A stretch of 64,000 nucleotides of DNA. Source: Pradoshia sp. GTDB lineage: Bacteria; Bacillota; Bacilli; Bacillales; Pradoshiaceae. This document shows positions 30,401 through 38,329 of the stretch, one piece after another. Within the stretch, counting starts at the first letter, position 1, and each line of letters starts with the position of its first letter. The notes beneath the pieces were generated by a model. It was not told where the DNA came from. It did no database searches and saw nothing but the letters and a program-made list of their open reading frames with translations. The stretch covers positions 5,490 to 69,489 of the forward strand of contig JAZUQD010000418.1 of the NCBI GenBank assembly GCA_045605505.1, in the 5' to 3' direction. Made by a program: the position numbers and the translations under genes.

Positions 30401-31824
30401 TAAAAGTTTTTGATAAAAAATGTTGAGCCAACAATGGCGGTAGGTGCTGCTGCCGGAGTAGGAAACATTGTTGTTTCCGGAATAAATTCCCACAGGGTTG
30501 CTGTAGAGGCAGTATCAGACCAAATAACATTGGCACCAGATGTTGCTGTACCATCAATGCACAGGTATTTATCATGATTGAACATCTTGATTCTGTAGAG
30601 CATATCAGCAACTTCTTCAAAGGCAAGAATGGAGTCATCATCATTTGAAGCTGCTGTATACATTGTACAGTTATTATCTACAGTATAAATATTAAGTGCA
30701 AAACTTTCGTCAATTTTAGTAAAAATTTTAGGGCCATAAGAGGTATTACGAACCACCCATCTCTGTGCCAGACAATCTTCTTTGCTATAAATATTTACAT
30801 TACGCTCATTGGCTACGGTATCAGTACCATTGACATTCAAGTTATAATCAGTACCATATGCTTTGATAGCAAATGTGCTACCAACAATTTCTGAAGGTGC
30901 ATTTGGAGCTATTGGGAACATATCAGCCTCAGTTACGAACTGCCACAGAGAGTAACCTGTTGTACCAGAAACCCAATATGCATTTGCACCGCTACCCACA
31001 GATTCTACATCCAGATAGAGATTGTGGTTAGCCATCTTGATTCTATACACCTTATCTGCAGATGTAACTGTAGCATCTGTATATGGAACAAATTCAAGCA
31101 CACAATCTTCAGAAACATTTGAACTCTCAGTGTACATAGTGCAGTTGTTTGTACTTGTATCAATGTTGAGTGTAAAACTTTCATTGATAGCTGTACAGAG
31201 TTTTGCACCATCAGATTTCTGTCTTACAATCCATTTTTGTGCCAGACAATTTTCTTTGCTGTAGACATTAACATTGCGTCCATCAGCCACTGTGTCTGTA
31301 CCATAAACATTCAGATTATAACCAGTATTGTAGTTTTTGATGAAGAAGGTCTGGTTTACAATAGCACTTGGTGCTGTTGTAACAATAGCGGTAGATGTTG
31401 AAACTTCTTCAAGCTGCCACAATGAGTAACTATCTGCTGAACTGGCCCAATAAGCATTGTCATCTGATGTTGTGACTGAAAGATACTTATTGTGTGCCAT
31501 CATTTTAACTCTATACTGATTGTTAGAAGCATTTACCGTAAGGAAGTCCACAACAGAGTCGGCTTCTGAATTGCTTGCAGCTGAATACATTGTACAGTTG
31601 TTGTTTGAAGTGTTGATGTTAAGAGCATATGCACTGTTGATTGCTGTATAAACTCTAGCGCCATTACCGTACAGTCCTACTGTCCATTTCTGTGCCAGGC
31701 AATCTTCTTTTGCATATGTATTAACATTTCTTGAGTTTGCCACTGTGTCAGTACCATAAACATTCAGGTACTTGCCAGTGGCTACATTTTTAATATAATA
31801 AGTTTTACCAATTTCTAAAGCCAT
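27460..31824 (-). CDS. Ricin-B (beta-trefoil) repeat protein with Amidase_2 and C-terminal M23-like peptidase domains
   Basis: Five ~150-aa repeats with LNVxG..NVNxY..AQKW; ITIHH, SSHYG, ITIEVAN, WH..TECPG amidase motifs; SH..YPID and HFH M23-like motifs; no signal peptide. Confidence 0.85.
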   Translation of the reverse strand: MALEIGKTYYIKNVATGKYLNVYGTDTVANSRNVNTYAKEDCLAQKWTVGLYGNGARVYTAINSAYALNINTSNNNCTMYSAASNSEADSVVDFLTVNASNNQYRVKMMAHNKYLSVTTSDDNAYWASSADSYSLWQLEEVSTSTAIVTTAPSAIVNQTFFIKNYNTGYNLNVYGTDTVADGRNVNVYSKENCLAQKWIVRQKSDGAKLCTAINESFTLNIDTSTNNCTMYTESSNVSEDCVLEFVPYTDATVTSADKVYRIKMANHNLYLDVESVGSGANAYWVSGTTGYSLWQFVTEADMFPIAPNAPSEIVGSTFAIKAYGTDYNLNVNGTDTVANERNVNIYSKEDCLAQRWVVRNTSYGPKIFTKIDESFALNIYTVDNNCTMYTAASNDDDSILAFEEVADMLYRIKMFNHDKYLCIDGTATSGANVIWSDTASTATLWEFIPETTMFPTPAAAPTAIVGSTFFIKNFYTGYNLNVHGTDTVANGRNVNVYSKENCLAQKWQVIQTDRGPKIVTAIDSTFALNIYSEDNPNCTMYKADVSNIDTVLEFEPYTDATITAADKVYKIKMFHHGKYLEAAGVGSGYNAFWSDSPTYPLWQFVTEEDMFPPAEEAADGIIDRTFFIQNVNTGYFLNINGNETVSNTAQVNVYAKENVQAQRWVIRNTTAGPKMLTKLNENFALNIYAKDNNCTMYDAAVSDTDTVLEIIPYSEADNIYRIKMHYHGRYLTVSSLSIGAKAYWTAVDTEPCALWKLIPESEMSFDNAVDNDTTPDSTLVNKFIPAVAGNYMVGRNGCQISEITIHHMAGNMSIESLGAMWQNPAEGASSHYGINGLNVGQYVKECNTAYTNGGTPIDPDAESSNYRAITIEVANSVASGEYPVSEDSYRRLYELVADIARRNNLGTLVPGQNLTWHSMYSYTECPGDYLRSKMQDIANKANALNSNAVFIRKLGTQYPLVLANTQTDEGYGVSFSETVSEANQKWIIVDTDGGKEIVNASDTTQYLRLNSTYSGFVVSSDESLPKALLVPIDGATNSFKIKASVETLSRGFFEYWFTFIDGLSSVTDNKDSSEIVNVSNKADDAPVVLYSAAIVPSELNGKRFKIKNNGKYITLNNNTFTLLDKNTEFNQVFEAKASFKGPDIISCYDTTKHLSINPVGDKVTTVLPTVEFKNVSLNIKFEPLNHELYPNKYLIHSLRYNKYLVIDRSNVLIPNGELVWRNLDISAFENNSWEISEHINYMTYPCATMNISQRHDGTYSHAGNQAGDVKDYPIDEGCDAPHPDRSWMYCPCDEMVVLRVRGVDTGNDEPGKANVIWLKSKDKVVMPHGEDNIVLMVIHPNDDDLSKIYVGDIFSRGQAMFREGTDAGGGKTVAAHFHMAISTGNIIESNSGLGEYQSTYYSPETALTWNIIILDTDGTPLKPDEAFYVNTDFTTIIDSKNYEFDTTTATNYFS

Positions 31825-32475
31825 AATTTAAATCTCCTTTTCTTTATAAATATTTTGTTTTGGCTTTTGTAAGAGCAATTACGAGTATCTGCAGCTATTC
31901 ATTTTTGCCTTACATTATATAAAGACGGAGATTCTATTGGTTTTTGGAAAATATTTTCAGAACTTTATAATTTTTAATAATTTCAGACTTTTTTAATTAT
32001 TAACCCTCGCCAGATTTAAATCATGCATAAGTTTTTTAACTGTTGGGTTTATTGTGTCTGCTTTTAATTGACTATTACATATAGCAGGGACACTTTTATT
32101 TACGTATTCATTCAAATAAACGTTATAAAAATAACTCCTCTGCTTTGCCTCATCTTGTGCATGATATATTATTAATATATACTGTTATAAAGCGAAAACT
32201 ATTTATTTTCCAATAATAAGGAACCAATCAAAGAAATCAACGATATACTGCTTGAAATTTATAGCAATGACGAAGAAGTTTTTTACATATTCAGGAGACT
32301 CGATTCCAAAATCCAGTATTCTTTCGGTTGCGGGCAATAAATTATATGATGTTTTTTTACAACAATCACTCCTAACGTAAGTAATTATATACAAAACAGC
32401 ATATAATGTTAATATTTATTGACGTTATCCAATTACATACTCCTTTATTTAATGGTTATACCTTTTATTTGAAAA

Positions 32476-32527
32476 TTGACTTTTAATTTCTCATATGTTA
32501 TAATAATATTAATCTATTTTTTATTAT
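32476..32527 (+). promoter_or_regulatory. Sigma-A promoter followed by conserved 17-nt leader motif (copy 2)
   Basis: TTGACT-17-TATAAT (32476-32504, TG extended) then AATCTATTTTTTATTAT 32511-32527. Confidence 0.75.
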
Positions 32528-32573
32528 TTAGGCGGAAAATCGTCTAAAAGCGGCTAATTAGTTTTGTACTAAT

Positions 32574-32612
32574 GACAAGAATCCTTTACAAGGGGGATTC
32601 TTGTCTTTTTTT
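32574..32612 (+). terminator. Intrinsic terminator in ssb leader (attenuator or end of ~100-nt sRNA)
   Basis: gacaagaatcc...ggattcttgtc followed by T7. Confidence 0.75.
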
Positions 32613-32745
32613 GTTTCCCCCTAATAGTAAAGAATGGTTTATATAGAGTCAACAAGGGGATCCTTGTTGTTCCATGGCCGTGAGGACATGTTAATATATA
32701 AATAAAAGAATACCGCCATTGTGCGGAACACAAAGGAGAAAAAAT

Positions 32746-33198
32746 ATGAATATCGTTGCATTAACAGGTCGTTTGACCGCAGAGCCAGAGTTGAAAAAGT
32801 CCACATCCGGCGTTTCAGTATGTTCCTTTTCTATTGCAGTTGCTCGCAATTTCAAAAAAGAAGGCGGACCTGAAGCTGACTTTATCAGATGTGTTGCTTG
32901 GAGAAATACAGCAGAATTCATCTGCAAATATTTCAAAAAAGGCACAAAGATAGAAATTAGTGGAGAACTTCAATCTCGTAGTTATTCCGATAAATCGGAT
33001 GGAAAGAACAAGACAATTATGGAAGTGATTGTAAATCAGGCTTCTTTCGCTGAAAGTAAATCCAGTTCAGCACCAAAGAATGAAGCTGCACCGATTACAC
33101 CTGCTTCCCCTTCATCTGAACCTCAAAATCATAATGCAAATTTCCTCGACGCTGATGGATTTGCACCTATTTCAGACGATGGCGATCTTCCATTCTAA
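32746..33198 (+). CDS. ssb: Single-stranded DNA-binding protein
   Basis: MNIVALTGRLTAEPEL, ADFIRCVAW, C-terminal DDGDLPF. Confidence 0.95.
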   Translation: MNIVALTGRLTAEPELKKSTSGVSVCSFSIAVARNFKKEGGPEADFIRCVAWRNTAEFICKYFKKGTKIEISGELQSRSYSDKSDGKNKTIMEVIVNQASFAESKSSSAPKNEAAPITPASPSSEPQNHNANFLDADGFAPISDDGDLPF

Positions 33199-33207
33199 AC
33201 ATTATTA

Positions 33208-33242
33208 AAGGAGTACGGCTCTGGATGTCGTACTCCTTTTTT
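33208..33242 (+). terminator. Terminator after ssb
   Basis: aaggagtacggc...gtcgtactcctt followed by T-run. Confidence 0.7.
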
Positions 33243-33263
33243 GTTTTTATCAGGAGAATTATT

Positions 33264-33488
33264 ATGACTAAAACAAAAGAGTGGTGGCAGGAAATTGGTT
33301 GGCAAATCCTTAATTCCAAGCTTGTAAATTATGTAGGTTTGAATATAGGAACCATACCAATCACAAACCTTGAATTTATTCCTTCCTGGGTTGACCTAAA
33401 GGAGCTCGCTTCACTTATAAGCGATGATGGTTGCCCAGCTAAGTATACTTGTGTTCAAGGTCCTGATGTAATCCTGTACATCAAATAA
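33264..33488 (+). CDS. Hypothetical protein
   Basis: AGGAG RBS before ATG 33264. Confidence 0.55.
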   Translation: MTKTKEWWQEIGWQILNSKLVNYVGLNIGTIPITNLEFIPSWVDLKELASLISDDGCPAKYTCVQGPDVILYIK

Positions 33489-33502
33489 AAAGGAGACACT
33501 AC

Positions 33503-35437
33503 ATGAGTGCATATATCTATTCACGAAAAGCATTTGAGAAAGACATTACTAAGTATCCATTCCCATTTAATGATGAGACAATTTTTGGTAACAGGCCATG
33601 TGCAAGCAAATACACACTTGCCGGTGTAGGTTCTGAAAAAACACATAGCAGAATTCATCCGGTTATGATCGAAGCAGTTGTAAAATACATTTCAGCAAAA
33701 TGTATGCCTGCACATACCCACTTTGGTGGCACTGCATATACATCAAAAAAAGATTTCCTCATTGCTGAATACCCTGCACAGGTTATCAATGAAAATCCTT
33801 TTTCCTATGCAGAAAAACACATTGATGAAGTTTTTGATGATGAGGAACGTATCCTTGTAGCCTATCACCTATCTACAGGTTCAATAAGAGGCTGCTATAT
33901 GAAATCAAAAACATCTCCATTAACCATTCACCCTTATATTTTGTCCGGAGGAAAACGTTCTGGTCGCCCTTCTTCTAAAGAGAAATCTTCTGCAGCTATT
34001 CTCTTTACATTATTGAGATATGCAGAAGAGACCAGTCCAGAAGTTAAAGAGCAACTCTCTAACATATCAACTCTTTTTTCTATACTCAACAAAGATGATG
34101 AAGACCTTGTTGCAAAAGAAGATATTTTTGCATCAATGTCTATTCTCAGTGATCTAATGTATAGAAAAATTACAAATTTCGATACAGTCGAAGCTTCTTT
34201 CCCTGGAGAAGGTATTTCTGTAAACTTAACCTCAGCAAATGTACCTACCCTTACCACATCATTTATCCTGGATAGAGATATCGATCAATCTTCTATTCAT
34301 GGAGGATTCTCTGCGTTTAACTGTGAGGAGTATGATAGAGAGGATTTTAGTCCTCCTCCTGTTACAAAAAGTATCCGTATAAAGGATGCTAGGGGTATGT
34401 ATGCCCCGACCGAGAGGACGCTTTCCTTTAATGAGGAAATGATGATTCCGCGTATAGATGAATCATACCAGATCCCTGAAGAGGTTCATCTTGTCGGCAA
34501 GCACATTAAAGAGATTACAGAATACAGAAACTTCCTTTTTAGGGGTGATGCCGGTACCGGCAAAACAGAAAGTGTCAAAATACTTGCTTACTGCATGAAC
34601 AGACCATATTATTTTGTAACTTGTTCTGCAGATACTGAGGTTTATGACCTTACAACACAGGTTATTCCTGATATCAGTGACGAAAATGGGAACGTCATTG
34701 ATTTGGAAGAAATATTAGACCAGCTTCCTACCACATTTGATATAGGTATGGATGCTGTTGGTTCTTATGAACTGATTACAGGCACCCGCGATGAATCTGC
34801 AACAGAAAGAGATTGTATGATGGCGATTTCTAAAAAACTGATGCAGGTATTAAAAGAGAAGAAGGCTTCATTTAAATATGTTGACTCCCCTCTAATTACT
34901 GCAATACGAAATGGCGGTGTTTGTGAAATTCAGGAACCTACCGTAATTATGAAACCTGGTGTTCTTGTAGGCCTTAATGCCCTCTTTGATAAGACAGCTA
35001 CCATTCAATTGATGACCGGAGAAAAAATAGTGCGCCATCCTGACACTGTTATTGTTCTTACAACAAACAGTGAGTATGAAGGATGCCGCAGTATGAACCA
35101 ATCGGTTATCTCACGTATGAATATGGTAGTAGACTTTGAAGTACCTTCTGACCAAGTCCTTGCGGACCGTATCATGAAAGCAGCAGATTATTCTGATGAA
35201 CCAACTGTTAAGAAAATGATAGCTGTAATGCATGCGATAGTAACAGAATGTGACCGTAACGGTACATCCGATGGGTCAGTCGGAATAAGAGAGTTGATTG
35301 ATTGGGCAAGAAGTATAAAAATCACAGATGATCCTTATGCTTCAGCACTTTATACTATCATTGGTTCAGCAACTGCAGATAGTGAAGTAAGAGCTATGCT
35401 CAAGCATTGTCTTGATAGTCAGTTCTCTCCAGTTTAG
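33503..35437 (+). CDS. MoxR/CobS-like AAA+ ATPase
   Basis: GDAGTGKT Walker A, CEIQE variant Walker B, TTN..YEG, SVISR arginine finger, GIRELIDW sensor II. Confidence 0.85.
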   Translation: MSAYIYSRKAFEKDITKYPFPFNDETIFGNRPCASKYTLAGVGSEKTHSRIHPVMIEAVVKYISAKCMPAHTHFGGTAYTSKKDFLIAEYPAQVINENPFSYAEKHIDEVFDDEERILVAYHLSTGSIRGCYMKSKTSPLTIHPYILSGGKRSGRPSSKEKSSAAILFTLLRYAEETSPEVKEQLSNISTLFSILNKDDEDLVAKEDIFASMSILSDLMYRKITNFDTVEASFPGEGISVNLTSANVPTLTTSFILDRDIDQSSIHGGFSAFNCEEYDREDFSPPPVTKSIRIKDARGMYAPTERTLSFNEEMMIPRIDESYQIPEEVHLVGKHIKEITEYRNFLFRGDAGTGKTESVKILAYCMNRPYYFVTCSADTEVYDLTTQVIPDISDENGNVIDLEEILDQLPTTFDIGMDAVGSYELITGTRDESATERDCMMAISKKLMQVLKEKKASFKYVDSPLITAIRNGGVCEIQEPTVIMKPGVLVGLNALFDKTATIQLMTGEKIVRHPDTVIVLTTNSEYEGCRSMNQSVISRMNMVVDFEVPSDQVLADRIMKAADYSDEPTVKKMIAVMHAIVTECDRNGTSDGSVGIRELIDWARSIKITDDPYASALYTIIGSATADSEVRAMLKHCLDSQFSPV

Positions 35438-35445
35438 GAGGGCCT

Positions 35446-35760
35446 ATGACACATATTGGAACGGTACTCTATGAAATGGCGGAAAGAGAATTTTCCGATT
35501 TATTGGAATTTTTGAAATCGCTTCCGCCAGAAGAAATAATCCGTCATTCTTACGAGAAAACTATGAAAGAAGATTTTCTTTTAATACTCGAAAATAAGAT
35601 GGATGATTTCCCTGATGCAAATCTGCTCATTGAAACAGAGCAACCACTTGATTATTTATATAATGAGTGGTTAGGCAATGATTTCAGTTATCTGCCTCTC
35701 CTTGAGGATACTCTGTACAATACAATGAGTACTTTAGATCGTTTGCATCATAATAAATAA
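35446..35760 (+). CDS. DUF3848-like protein
   Basis: LYE..E..FLKSLPPEEII.HSYE..KED...PLDYLYNEW pattern. Confidence 0.65.
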   Translation: MTHIGTVLYEMAEREFSDLLEFLKSLPPEEIIRHSYEKTMKEDFLLILENKMDDFPDANLLIETEQPLDYLYNEWLGNDFSYLPLLEDTLYNTMSTLDRLHHNK

Positions 35761-35851
35761 CTTCAAAACTACTCTTATATAATAATGTATTATATATTTA
35801 TATTATATATATAATATATATCATTATAATAAGAGAATATTTAGAAAGGCT

Positions 35852-38059
35852 ATGGCTGTTTGTACGGAGTGTAGCCTTTCCAGGCTGCATTACCGTTCCC
35901 AGCCGAAATTACTTATGTACAAAAAAGGATTAAAACACACGGAGATACGCAAACGTGCATTTCAAGTTAAGGATTCTATGCCGGATGAACTGTTTTTTAG
36001 TAATCCTGGTCTCTTCACTTATCTTGAAGCTTCACTTCGTGCTCTACTTGGGGACAACCCACGAAAAATTAGGCTTAAAGCTTTTTATGATCCGTTAAAT
36101 TCCAGTGTTGCATATACCGATAACAAAACGGTTTATATTAACACAGGAAACTGCGTCACATCTTCTCTCCCTACAAGACCAAAAAAATATTTGTCGATTC
36201 TTGGTCTGATATTACATGAAGTTGGTCATATTTATTATACCGATTTCCCTGCCAACAGTAGCTATATGCAATCTGTGCAGGAAGGTGAGTGGTATCCATC
36301 TACTCCAGATGGAGGCACAGCAATACAGCTGGAACTTAAAAGTAATGAGCTTTTAAAAAAACTGTTCGGTTATATAGCCCACAATCTTATGAATCGTGTA
36401 GAAGACGCATACATAGAATTACGTGTTACACAAAGATTTCATGGCTTATATGAACAAGGACTAATAATTCTTAACCAGGCAACCTATGAAAAGTCTCATA
36501 CCCTTTCAGAACTGTTTGCAGCATTAAAAGAAGGCAAGCTTCATATGCTCGATATATTTCTGGAATCTATCCTTTTATATGCTAAAGGCCAGGATATTAA
36601 AAATTCTGCTCAAGCTAAAAAGGATTATCCTGATGAATTCAGTGAATACATCTCAGTCTTCAGCAAAATCAAGCCAATAGTGAGAAAACTTAGAACAGAA
36701 CGTTCAGCTATGGTCAGGTGGTCTTATGTAAATACCATTATGGTTATACTATGGGATTACATCAAAGACAGAGCTGAAAATATTTCTGAGGATAGTGAAC
36801 TGCTTGATTCTTCTGAATATGATATAGCTGCAGATGTATGTGAAGCAATTATACGTAAGCTGTCTGAGACTCTTAGTGAAGACAAATGTGGGGCTGTCCC
36901 TATTGGTTCCACAAGACCTTTAGGTGAAAAAGGGTTAGATAAACCCAAATCTGATGATGGAGCAACAGATACCCCACCCGTTTCAGAAGAAACCAGTTCA
37001 GAAGCTCTCAGAGAGCTAGAAAAACTATCTGAATCTATAGCTACTTCTGTTCTGGAGGAGGAATTGTCTGAAGAATTATCCAAAGAAATTAGCGAATTCG
37101 GTCCAAAACGCTACAAAGACTTGGTAAAAGAAGTCGAAAAGCTGAAAGAAATGCGCAAACGGCCATCTCTTTCTGACAGTGATATAGAAGAACTATCCGC
37201 AAGAATTGCATATAAGGCATCTCAGGCCAAGTGTGCAGGCAATGTTCAATATTATCTGAACAGAGAAACTACAGTATCTGTAGAACAGATAAACGACTAC
37301 AACAATATAATGTCCGAAATGAAGCCTTTGAGTAAGGCTCTGCAAAGAAAGGTTAATCCTATTCTGAAAGAGAGAAACTATGAAGGCAAAATTTCAGGGT
37401 TACCAATGGGTAAACGATTATCTTCACGTCTCATTTATAAAGATGACGGAAAGATATTCTCAAAACCGTTAGTACCCGATGGAAATCCTCAAATTGCGAT
37501 CGGCGTATTGATAGATGAATCCGGTTCAATGTATGGTCAAAAGATTTCAAAAGCTCGACAAACTTCAATCCTTGTTGAAGACTTTTTAAGAAACGTACAA
37601 ATTCCACACATTATAATAGGCCATACTGCAGACCAACAAAGCTGTCCTCCCAAATATTCGGTTGACTTGACCTCATATGTAGAATTCAACTCATATGATG
37701 AATCTGATAAATACAGACTTGCCAAAGTACAGGCTCAAGCCAATAACCGCGATGGTGCAGCCTTAGCATATATTTATGAAAGATTGCTCCAGCGTCCGGA
37801 AAACAGGAAGCTGTTACTTGTAATTACCGATGGCGAACCTGCCGCTCGAAATTACAGTGGTCATCCTGCTATCATTGACTCCAAAGTAACTGTTGATGAA
37901 TATAACCGAAAAGGTATCAAAACTATCGCTCTCGCCATAGATGGTACTATTTCCAATATCAAGCAAATATATGGAGAGGACAAACTCATTGTAGTAGACA
38001 ATCTCTCAGATTTGCCCAATATTCTAACAGGAATTTTGAAACGTCAAATCTTAAAGTAG
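35852..38059 (+). CDS. CobT-like vWA protein with N-terminal HEXXH domain
   Basis: LHEVGH..YTD, NRVEDAYIE; DESGS MIDAS, NRDG, ITDGEP; start codon uncertain (35852 or 35915). Confidence 0.85.
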   Translation: MAVCTECSLSRLHYRSQPKLLMYKKGLKHTEIRKRAFQVKDSMPDELFFSNPGLFTYLEASLRALLGDNPRKIRLKAFYDPLNSSVAYTDNKTVYINTGNCVTSSLPTRPKKYLSILGLILHEVGHIYYTDFPANSSYMQSVQEGEWYPSTPDGGTAIQLELKSNELLKKLFGYIAHNLMNRVEDAYIELRVTQRFHGLYEQGLIILNQATYEKSHTLSELFAALKEGKLHMLDIFLESILLYAKGQDIKNSAQAKKDYPDEFSEYISVFSKIKPIVRKLRTERSAMVRWSYVNTIMVILWDYIKDRAENISEDSELLDSSEYDIAADVCEAIIRKLSETLSEDKCGAVPIGSTRPLGEKGLDKPKSDDGATDTPPVSEETSSEALRELEKLSESIATSVLEEELSEELSKEISEFGPKRYKDLVKEVEKLKEMRKRPSLSDSDIEELSARIAYKASQAKCAGNVQYYLNRETTVSVEQINDYNNIMSEMKPLSKALQRKVNPILKERNYEGKISGLPMGKRLSSRLIYKDDGKIFSKPLVPDGNPQIAIGVLIDESGSMYGQKISKARQTSILVEDFLRNVQIPHIIIGHTADQQSCPPKYSVDLTSYVEFNSYDESDKYRLAKVQAQANNRDGAALAYIYERLLQRPENRKLLLVITDGEPAARNYSGHPAIIDSKVTVDEYNRKGIKTIALAIDGTISNIKQIYGEDKLIVVDNLSDLPNILTGILKRQILK

Positions 38060-38089
38060 TCAAATAATTGTCAAAAAATGGCAAAAAAA

Positions 38090-38196
38090 TAGTGTTCGTT
38101 TTCTATTACAGATAACGAACACTAGAGTTGCTAAATAAGAACGAAAAACGTCTATTCTAATCAATAGGAACATTTTATCGAAAATACGAACTATTT
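38090..38196. promoter_or_regulatory. Multi-subsite putative recombination/operator site B (inverted homolog of site A)
   Basis: tagtGTTCGT-tttctattacagata-ACGAACacta core; AATACGAACTATTT (38183-38196) is the exact reverse complement of 4184-4197. Confidence 0.65.
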
Positions 38197-38206
38197 CTAC
38201 AGGGTA

Positions 38207-38236
38207 ATTATATAATAAACCTGCACTCAAAGTCAA
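38207..38236 (-). promoter_or_regulatory. Sigma-A-like promoter pointing into site B
   Basis: TTGACT-18-TATAAT on minus strand; no minus-strand gene downstream in present arrangement. Confidence 0.5.
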
Positions 38237-38329
38237 TTTTTTTGATGATTAAAAATTTATCATGTAATTGTACAAACTTACGAAAAAAACATTTTGTAAA
38301 TATCGAACTTCTTATTTTTAGAATTTGTA

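Noticed and set aside
29500..31824. Repeats in the lysin gene as CRISPR array or DGR template/variable repeats
   Set aside because: They are in-frame ~450-bp domain duplications; no spacers, cas genes, reverse transcriptase or adenine-specific variation seen
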